NCBI GenBank assembly: GCA_944391685.1
Contig: CALXUM010000009.1
Location: forward strand, 10,034 to 74,033
Origin: an uncultured Alphaproteobacteria bacterium
GTDB taxonomy: Bacteria; Pseudomonadota; Alphaproteobacteria; RF32; CAG-239
Direction of reading: 5' to 3'
Length of the DNA: 64,000 bases
Shown: positions 1 through 6,785 of the stretch, one piece after another
Layout: each line of letters opens with the position of its first letter
Position numbering within the stretch: the first letter of the stretch is position 1
Notes under the pieces: generated by a model
Told to the model about the DNA's origin: nothing
The model's database searches: none
The model's input: only the letters and a program-made list of their open reading frames with translations
Translations under genes and position numbers: made by a program

Positions 1-653
1 AAACAGTTGATGTAAACCAGGCTTATGCTTTGAAAGATGCTGTTAAAATCGTTAAAGAAAACGCTACTGCAAAATTTGACGAAACAATTGATATCGCCGT
101 TAACTTGGGTGTTGACCCCAAATATGCCGACCAAATGGTTCGCGGTGTTTGTGCTTTGCCTCATGGTAATGGTAAAACTGTTCGTGTTGCTGTTTTGGCT
201 CAGGGTGAAAAAGCCGATCAAGCCAAAGCTGCCGGAGCTGATATTGTCGGTGCCGAAAATTTGATTGATTCAATTTTGGCAGGCAAAATCGAATTCGACA
301 GAATGATTGCCACCCCCGATATGATGGGTATGGCCGGTAAGGTTGCTCGTGTTTTGGGTCCTAAAGGTTTGATGCCAAACCCGAAATTGGGAACGGTTAC
401 AGCCGATGTTGAAAGTGCCGTTAAAAAGGCTAAGGCCGGCGAGGTTCAGTATCGTGTTGAAAAGAACGGTATTGTTCATGCCGGAATCGGCAAAGCCAGT
501 TTCTCTGAAGAGCAGATTTATGACAACGCTAAAGCTTTTATTGAGGCTATCATTAAAGCTAAACCAGCCGGTGCCAAAGGTACTTATATGAAAAAAGTTT
601 CTTTGAGCAGCACTATGGGTGTCGGCGTTAGAGTTGATTCAACAAATCTGTAA
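1..653 (+). CDS. rplA: 50S ribosomal protein L1 (5' end outside window)
   Basis: [31 protein letters not shown] motifs; frame stays open back to the window start. Confidence 0.98.
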   Translation, partial: TVDVNQAYALKDAVKIVKENATAKFDETIDIAVNLGVDPKYADQMVRGVCALPHGNGKTVRVAVLAQGEKADQAKAAGADIVGAENLIDSILAGKIEFDRMIATPDMMGMAGKVARVLGPKGLMPNPKLGTVTADVESAVKKAKAGEVQYRVEKNGIVHAGIGKASFSEEQIYDNAKAFIEAIIKAKPAGAKGTYMKKVSLSSTMGVGVRVDSTNL

Positions 654-670
654 TGAGATTTTGAAGAATA

Positions 671-706
671 AAAAAAGCTCCGTTTGATGTACGGAGCTTT
701 TTTTTG
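671..706 (+). terminator. Intrinsic terminator after rplA
   Basis: aaaaaagctccgt-loop-acggagc followed by T-tract. Confidence 0.85.
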
Positions 707-774
707 TAAAAAATACTTGACTTTTGGTGTTTTACATATTATTAACCCTTTCACAAGGGCAAAATTTGTTGCCC

Positions 775-835
775 GACCTGTCCAAGACTGCCGGTGGTTT
801 TTTTATGAACCTTAATATCCAGCATAGACGGAGTA
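775..835 (+). promoter_or_regulatory. Ribosomal protein L10 leader (rplJ autoregulatory RNA)
   Basis: ccaagactgccggtg...ttaatatccagcatagacgg upstream of rplJ resembles the proteobacterial L10 leader. Confidence 0.75.
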
Positions 836-998
836 AGTGAGATTTTTTTAATCAATTTTTCTCCTGGACAGTTAGGTCCCGTCAGGGCGGTTTGGGAGAG
901 AAAAAAAGCTTTCCTCCTCAAATTAAGAAGTCTTGGCGGATTTGTTAAAGCTATGCATATTCCGATGTTTCGGCGTATGCTAAATTTGGAGACAACAA

Positions 999-1475
999 GT
1001 GAACCGCGAAGAAAAAGCACAATTGCTCAGCGAGCTTAATGAATTGTTCTCAGGTGCTGAAATCGTTGTAGTTTCTCACTACAAGGGTCTTACCGTTGAG
1101 GAAGTTTCAGAACTCAGAAACAATATCAGAAAAGCCGGTGCTGGCTTTAGAGTTACTAAAAACCGGATTACTCGTCTTGCTCTTAAAGGCACTAAGTTTG
1201 AAAACTTGGCTGATTTGTTCACCGGGCCGACTGCTATTGCATTCGCCAATGATCCGATCTCAGCTTGTAAAGCTTGTGTCGAATTTGCAAAAACCAATGA
1301 AAAACTGATTATTGTCGGTGGTGCTATGGGAACAGGCGTTCTCTCCATCAATGACATTAAAAAGTTGGCTACCATTCCGTCTTTGGACGAGCTCAGAGCC
1401 AAAATCATTGGCCTTTTGCAAGCTCCTGCCGCTCAGTTGGCAAGAGTTACCAAGGCTTATTCAGAAAAAGAATAA
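999..1475 (+). CDS. rplJ: 50S ribosomal protein L10
   Basis: MNREEK...YKGLTV..LR...KNRITRLAL...LATIPSLDELRAKIIG; GTG start after GGAG RBS. Confidence 0.98.
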   Translation: MNREEKAQLLSELNELFSGAEIVVVSHYKGLTVEEVSELRNNIRKAGAGFRVTKNRITRLALKGTKFENLADLFTGPTAIAFANDPISACKACVEFAKTNEKLIIVGGAMGTGVLSINDIKKLATIPSLDELRAKIIGLLQAPAAQLARVTKAYSEKE

Positions 1476-1545
1476 TTTTCTGTTTGTGTGCACAATGTGC
1501 AAGATGAATAAAAAACTGTTTAATTAATTTTATTGGAGAAAAAAA

Positions 1546-1920
1546 ATGGCCGATTTAGCCAAATTAGTAGATGAATTGTCAGCTTTGACCGTTATGGAAG
1601 CTGCTGACTTGTCCAAAATGTTGGAAGAAAAATGGGGCGTTTCTGCCGCTGCTGCCGTTGCCGTTGCTGCCGGTGGTGCTGCCGGGGGTGCTGCTGCCGC
1701 TGAAGAAAAAGATGAATTTGATGTTGTTTTAGCCGAATCCGGCCCGAACAAGATCAATGTTATTAAAGAAGTTCGTGCTATCACCGCTTTGGGCTTGAAA
1801 GAAGCCAAAGATTTGGTTGATGGTGCTCCGAAGACCATTAAAGAAGGTGTTGCTAAAGCCGAAGCCGAAGAAATGAAGAAGAAATTGGAAGAGGCTGGTG
1901 CTAAGGTTGAATTGAAGTAA
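1546..1920 (+). CDS. rplL: 50S ribosomal protein L7/L12
   Basis: [41 protein letters not shown]. Confidence 0.99.
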   Translation: MADLAKLVDELSALTVMEAADLSKMLEEKWGVSAAAAVAVAAGGAAGGAAAAEEKDEFDVVLAESGPNKINVIKEVRAITALGLKEAKDLVDGAPKTIKEGVAKAEAEEMKKKLEEAGAKVELK

Positions 1921-1942
1921 TTCAAATCTTAAATGGACTTGT

Positions 1943-1997
1943 AAAAACGGTCGAAATTTGTGTGCTTCTATGTACATTAGATTTTGGCCGTTTTTTT
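1943..1997 (+). terminator. Long hairpin terminator after rplL
   Basis: aaaacggtcgaaat...attttggccg followed by T-tract. Confidence 0.7.
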
Positions 1998-2194
1998 ATG
2001 CTAGAATTGTTGACTTTGGGGATTTTAGAAGAAGTTCTTGTGGAAATATGACCTAGTGTTGAAAAATTTGACATCTATATAATGCGGTGTAGACTGGAAT
2101 TTGATTTTACTAAATAGCAAAAACATCAGATGATATTTTAAAAATTGCGGGCAAAACTTCTAATGTTAGAGCAATATTCGAAAGAGGACGATAA

Positions 2195-3102
2195 ATGGAA
2201 AAAATGAATGTTGACGGAGCAGTTTTTGAGGTTTGCGAAATTAATTCACACTTGAAAGTGGCGGCTTTTCCCCAAATGGCCCAAAAAATAAAAAAAGGCT
2301 GTGGTGAAAATTTTTTGTCGGTGATGGATGGGTATGCTTGTGATTTGCTAAAGTTGCCGTTGGAATACAAAACGCCACCGATGTTTTCTTTTGTAGTTTT
2401 GCCGAGAGGTGATGTATTTAAGCAATTTAGCGGTTGCCCGTTTCCTCATGGAATGGCGGCGGCAAGGTTTGCGGTTGATGCCAATTATCCGGTGCCGTTG
2501 GCAGTTGATGAGGTTTGGTTTGAGCATGGATTTATGTCTGAGGAAAGTATAGAACGAAAAGTGGGACTTTGTCATGAACTTGCACATACATTGCATAGTG
2601 CATGGTTTGATAATAAAGAGGTTTTATGTGAAGGGTTTGCCGAATTGTTGCCTCATTATCTGATGAACCTTGAAAATCAGAATGCCAGACATCGTCAAGT
2701 GATAGAAGCTTTTACTCAAGATAAAATGCGGACAGTTGCAGATATTGATCAAAATGGAATGTTTTCATCCGAAGATTTAAAGCAAAGAAATAAAAACACA
2801 CAAGAGAGAGAAGGTTATATGTCTGTCTATTTGTGGATGTTGGGGTATACCAAGCGTGTGGAAAAAAGTTTGGTTTTGATAAGTTTGAAGCAGTTAACTT
2901 AATGTTATCTGAGTTTGAAAAATTAAGCAAAAATCCTAATGTTTCGGTCTTTGAGGAAATGGCCAAGTTAGTTGGTTTATCTTCAGATATTTTAACAAAT
3001 ACAATACAAATGCAAAAAGAAGGACAAGCGTATGTGCTTAAACTTGACAAGTCTAAACAAGTTATTTCGCTGAAATATAAAAAAGATTTTTTGAACAGAT
3101 AA
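2195..3102 (+). pseudogene. HExxH zinc-metallopeptidase-like protein split by a frameshift
   Basis: CHELAHTLH then EGFAE; ORFs 2195-2902 and 2833-3102 join if one A is added to the A6 run at ~2862-2867. Confidence 0.6.
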
Positions 3103-3245
3103 AGTTTTATTTAAAAACTTGACAAAAATGTTGCGAGAGTTGTTTTTTTGTGCTATAAATTCAGTAGAAAGAAAAATTATTTTGGAGATATTAATCGCTT
3201 GCAGATTGTTCACTCCATGTTATGTTTAATTTAAAATATAATGAA

Positions 3246-3458
3246 ATGGGACTTTTTAATTTTTTTTCGTCTTCAAAAAATAAGGACGATTATTCCGAAA
3301 TGCGTAGAAGACGCGAATGCAAACATGAACATCTATGAGCCGAAGTTGCTGAGTTTTGTGGTCCGAATCGTCGATATGAGATTTATCAAGAATGTCTTGA
3401 TTGTGGGGCGAGAATTTATGTTGGATGGGAAACTATTGCCGAGCATGAGCAACAATAG
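3246..3458 (+). pseudogene. Small zinc-ribbon-like protein (CKH...CLDCG) with internal TGA at 3336-3338
   Basis: Manual translation MGLFNFFSSSKNKDDYSEMRRRRECKHEHL*AEVAEFCGPNRRYEIYQECLDCGARIYVGWETIAEHEQQ; a terminator follows directly. Confidence 0.5.
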
Positions 3459-3460
3459 GT

Positions 3461-3498
3461 AAAACACCCTTTTGCAGAAAATGCAAAAGGGTGTTTTT
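3461..3498. terminator. Bidirectional intrinsic terminator
   Basis: aaaacacccttttgca-gaaaa-tgcaaaagggtgttttt perfect inverted repeat. Confidence 0.85.
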
Positions 3499-3584
3499 GT
3501 TATTTGCCTGTTTTATGGTTAGGATGATTTTTTACAATCACTACTTGCGTTTTTACAAAATAAGTTGCTATTCCTCTCTTGACT

Positions 3585-4298
3585 GTGTAGCTGATGGTAA
3601 AAAGATAGACACCTATGGAGTTGACCATAGCGGTTTTACAACAAAGGACGAAATAGAATATCAAATGGCTCGGCAAAAAAGAGAAAATAGTTTGATAGAA
3701 GGTTATAACAACCAAGGAATAACAGAAAATTACCCTTTAATCAGGCACCAACTTTTGGGGCAAGGCTGATAATAACTACGGTTTCGGCAGTTCAAATATT
3801 GCCGATAATGTTAAAGTTGTCGCAAATCAACCACTAAATATTTCACAGCATCATGATGATTTGAAAGATGATTCAAAATATATTCCAAAATACTGGGAAA
3901 CGGCTGCTGATGGTGAAAAAGTGTGGAATTATGTACAGCAACAAGAAGGCAATGTCACTCCTAAAAAACAAAATCCTTTAAGTTATGTTTGGTCAGCCGG
4001 TAAAACATTTCCTGATATGCTTATAAATTATTTTGATTTGGCGAATAAAAATTTAACTGATAAATACAAACATGCATATATAAATTGTAGTGCTGCTCAA
4101 AACGGTAAAGGAGGTGCAGATGTTGCAACTGGCATTTCTAATGTTTGAGAATGGTATGATGTAAAGTCAAAAGCCAATACTATTGACAGTAGTGAGGCTG
4201 ATCAGTATGCTAATAAGATAGGAAGGCTTCTTGGGACAAAATATCCAGATGAGGATTGTGATGAAATTGTCAAAAAATACATTAAAAAGTACTATTAA
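3585..4298 (+). pseudogene. Repeat-headed cassette with serum-amyloid-A-like C-terminal domain (+1 frameshift at ~3740, TGA at 4146)
   Basis: DMLINYFDLANKNLTDKYKHAYINCSAAQNGKGG...ISNV*EW...SEADQYANKIGR aligns by eye with SAA DMWRAYSDM...DKYFHARGNYDAAKRGPGG...ISDARE...DSLADQAANEWGR. Confidence 0.65.
3621..3815 (+). repeat. Coding repeat copy A (DHSGF...EIEYQMARQ...GTNFWG...YGFGSSNIADN)
   Basis: 195-bp direct repeat of 5002-5196; 22 mismatches by manual count, mostly synonymous. Confidence 0.95.
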
Positions 4299-4461
4299 AA
4301 TAGCTGGAAAAGCTATTGGAATTGCTTTTTTGTTATATTTGCTTTTCTGTTTTGTTTCTGTTGTTATTTTGATATTTGGGTCCGGCTGGAGCTAAATTAA
4401 TATTACAGTTAAAGATAAGTCCAACAGTTTTTTTGAAACAGATAAACATGTAACTACATAA
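4261..4461 (+). pseudogene. Small single-TM protein overlapping the end of the SAA-like cassette (TAA at 4393; either 44 aa or interrupted)
   Basis: MKLSKNTLKSTIKIAGKAIGIAFLLYLLFCFVSVVILIFGSGWS* followed by 21 more open codons. Confidence 0.35.
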
Positions 4462-4477
4462 TCAACAAATTTAATTC

Positions 4478-4512
4478 AAAACACCGCTGATATTTCATTA
4501 GCGGTGTTTTTT
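4478..4512. terminator. Bidirectional terminator between convergent units
   Basis: aaaacaccgctga-loop-ttagcggtgtttttt. Confidence 0.8.
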
Positions 4513-4519
4513 GTTTTGA

Positions 4520-4759
4520 TTATTTATCAACCAGCAAGATTTCAACCTTTTTGCCGTAGTATTTTGCCAAAAGATGCAAAGCACCTAAGTTGACGCTGCC
4601 GCGGCCGAGTTCCAGATTATCTAAAATTCGTTGCGGGATGCCGGTTTCTTCACACACTTGATTAAAACGTAGTTGTTTGGAAATTCTGATATCGTGTAAT
4701 CTGGCGGCAAGAGTTTTCCTGCGTCGTCTTAAGTCATTTTTATCTTGTTTATAGTTCAT
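4520..4759 (-). CDS. XRE/Cro-C1-type helix-turn-helix protein, copy 1
   Basis: LHDIRISKQLRFNQVCEETGIPQRILDNLELG HTH pattern; GGAG RBS; 74/79 aa identical to 63264-63503. Confidence 0.9.
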   Translation of the reverse strand: MNYKQDKNDLRRRRKTLAARLHDIRISKQLRFNQVCEETGIPQRILDNLELGRGSVNLGALHLLAKYYGKKVEILLVDK

Positions 4760-4787
4760 TTTCTTAACTCCCTGATTTCTTATTTAT

Positions 4788-4820
4788 AAAAAGAAACCGC
4801 CTTAATTTAACTTAAGGCGG
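4788..4820 (-). terminator. Terminator/attenuator between the C4-like RNA and the HTH gene
   Basis: Minus strand ccgccttaa-gttaaa-ttaaggcgg-tttcttttt. Confidence 0.8.
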
Positions 4821-4948
4821 GGAGTTGACAACTGATCCAACTGACAGTCCGGGTTATTCGTGCATAGCCTTATATCCCCGGCTCCCCAAAGGGAAGTGGT
4901 TTGTTGGAGAAGGAGTTGTCACACTCCACAGCCGGAACACCCGACTGC
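4819..4948 (-). ncRNA. C4-antisense-like RNA with upstream a1/b1 target hairpin, copy 1
   Basis: GGGGAG...CTCCCC closing stem; a'=TTGTCA and b'=GTTGGA complementary to upstream a1=TGACAA and b1=TCCAAC; covaries with copy 2. Confidence 0.75.
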
Positions 4949-4955
4949 GAAAGTG

Positions 4956-4984
4956 ATTATAAAAAATATTGCTTAAAATGCAAT
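4956..4984 (-). promoter_or_regulatory. Sigma70-type promoter with overlapping ATTGC-N7-GCAAT palindrome
   Basis: TTGCAT-N16-TATAAT, identical in both module copies. Confidence 0.65.
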
Positions 4985-5001
4985 TAATTTATGAAAGATT
5001 T

Positions 5002-5196
5002 TTGACCATAGCGGTTTTACAACCAAGGATGAAATAGAATATCAAATGGCTCGGCAAAAAAGAGAGAACAGTTTGATAGAAGGCTATAACAACTAGGGAA
5101 TAAGTAAAGACTATCCTTTAATCAGGCACCAACTTCTGGGGTAAGGCTGATAACAATTATGGTTTCGGCTCTTCCAATATTGCCGATAATATTAAA
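5002..5196 (+). repeat. Coding repeat copy B (5'-truncated, TAG at 5094, +1 frameshift at ~5121)
   Basis: Direct repeat of 3621-3815. Confidence 0.95.
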
Positions 5197-5269
5197 AACA
5201 AACAAAACCAAGATATAAGTTCCGCATTATATCCCAAACCAAATAGGAAACGATGCCGCAAGTTATAAA

Positions 5270-5947
5270 TTGGCTCAGAATAATCAAGCTAATATGGTGA
5301 GTGATGCAAATACATTATCTGAAAATAATTTATCTGATGATGAATTAATAGAAACCATGTATCCCATTATAAAAGAGCATGAAAATGCAAAACCTTTTCC
5401 ATATTATGATACAAGGTGGAATAAAACTGTTGGCGTTGGTAATAATATTAACAATAAAAAAGATTTTTACGGCACAAATTGGTCTGCTGACAATATGCCT
5501 GCAAACAAACAAGATATAGACTCTTGTTTAGAAAATCTTGAAAAAGAAAAAAACAGAATACAGAAGGAACGAATTTTAGCAGGACTAAATCCTAATGAAC
5601 ACAATTATAAGGCTGATTATTTTGCTCAATTTTGTAACATAAATATTGATGACGATACAATGCGTCAAATGAGTATTGACCATATGAAAGGTGATTTAAA
5701 AAGTTTACGCAAATTAATTCAAAATTTTGATGAACTGAGTTTAAATAAAAAAATGGTACTCATGGATTACATGTATAATTTAGGACCAAATAAATTTACA
5801 GAAAAGGAATTTTCTAATTTTATTAAAGGTGCAAGAACTAATAATCTTGATTTAATGCTAAAACATGACCATCGTTTAGGTATTGACGAAGGACGTAATA
5901 TCTGGACGGATAAAACTCTTAGAAAAGATTTACCAAATAAAAAATAA
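5270..5947 (+). CDS. T4-lysozyme-like (GH24) muramidase domain, C-terminal part of the repeat-B cassette
   Basis: E-x8-D-x5-T triad (HE-NAKPFPYY-D-TRWNK-T-VGVG) and LMDYMYNLG motif. Confidence 0.75.
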   Translation: MAQNNQANMVSDANTLSENNLSDDELIETMYPIIKEHENAKPFPYYDTRWNKTVGVGNNINNKKDFYGTNWSADNMPANKQDIDSCLENLEKEKNRIQKERILAGLNPNEHNYKADYFAQFCNINIDDDTMRQMSIDHMKGDLKSLRKLIQNFDELSLNKKMVLMDYMYNLGPNKFTEKEFSNFIKGARTNNLDLMLKHDHRLGIDEGRNIWTDKTLRKDLPNKK

Positions 5948-5981
5948 CATAAAATAATATATGGTGTGGAGTTTGGTCTAA

Positions 5982-6437
5982 TTAATCAAGCTCCACAGCA
6001 TATGTACTCTCTCCATAAATTGAAGTATCTGGTTTATAATAATAATACTCTTTCACATAAAGAGAAGTGCATTTTCCTTCATCGTCTGTCGTAAAACATC
6101 TATCAAGTTGATATTTATAAATATCATAATGTGTACCCTTTCCTCGCCAATAAATATCTTTACATTTTAAGACAATATAGTTTTCTTCATTTTTTAATAG
6201 TTTACAAGGAACGACGGTCCACCCGTTTTCATGTTTGTCATCTTTGGTATGAATGATAGAATTTGAATATGTCATTGAGGTTGGGGTTAGATAAGTTTCT
6301 TTGCTGCCAACGGCAAAAGGAGCCAATTGTTTATAAAACAGGGGGTTAACAAATTTTTCTTCTTTATTTTGCGTAAATAAACTACAAGCGGTTGTTATCA
6401 GCAAAACAGCCATACAGGCAAACAAGACTTTTTTCAT
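5982..6437 (-). CDS. Lipoprotein of unknown function (candidate immunity protein)
   Basis: MKKVLFACMAVLLITTAC signal peptide with lipobox; four further Cys; convergent with the lysozyme gene. Confidence 0.7.
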   Translation of the reverse strand: MKKVLFACMAVLLITTACSLFTQNKEEKFVNPLFYKQLAPFAVGSKETYLTPTSMTYSNSIIHTKDDKHENGWTVVPCKLLKNEENYIVLKCKDIYWRGKGTHYDIYKYQLDRCFTTDDEGKCTSLYVKEYYYYKPDTSIYGESTYAVELD

Positions 6438-6785
6438 CACCAAATTCCGATAAAGTTATTTGCCTAAAAGCTTAATCTCAAAAGTTGAAGATATTGTTAA
6501 GTCTAAAAAAGGTTTTTTAGGGAGAAATAAAAAATTTGATTTTGGAGTGATTTTTTACTTGCCAGAATCGAAAAAGTGAGTCTATTATCCCCCCGAATTT
6601 GGTCGCTTATGAGCGATGATTGCATGCAATTATTTTAGGTTTTCTCGCCAAGAGGAGCGGTTTTCCTACGGTTTGGCGGGTTTTTTCTTTTTTTTATATA
6701 TATAAACGTTTAACCTTCTGCGTGCGGGTTTCAAAAATTTTTTGATAGGATGGCCGCAGAATTTAACCACAAGGATTAAAATACA

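Larger units (their letters stand above)
4507..5005 (-). mobile_element. Promoter / C4-like RNA / terminator / HTH mini-module, copy 1
   Basis: Reverse complement is near-identical to 63019-63516; no transposase or integrase seen in the window. Confidence 0.75.

Noticed and set aside
3491-3769. ORF 3491-3769 as a complete gene
   Set aside because: Its start lies in a terminator; only the part from ~3585 is protein-like, and it continues in the +1 frame
3336-4148. TGA recoding (Trp/Sec) suggested by two in-frame TGAs in the island
   Set aside because: Core genes (response regulator, DUF47, rarA, mreD) end in TGA; both cases are one change from Arg codons, and nearby cassettes also carry TAG/TAA and frameshift lesions
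4819-4948. tRNA, known riboswitch or IS110 bridge RNA
   Set aside because: No T/D-loop consensus or recognisable aptamer; the variable segments pair in cis as in C4; no IS110 recombinase nearby
4507-5005. Module as a classical IS or MITE
   Set aside because: No transposase, terminal inverted repeats or target-site duplication visible
3621-5196. Repeats as a CRISPR array or DGR template/variable pair
   Set aside because: Only 2-3 long copies with no spacers; differences are synonymous-codon biased rather than adenine-specific; no cas or reverse transcriptase gene in the window
5270-5947. Prophage lysis cassette
   Set aside because: No holin/spanin arrangement, structural genes or integrase; the domain sits behind the coding repeat
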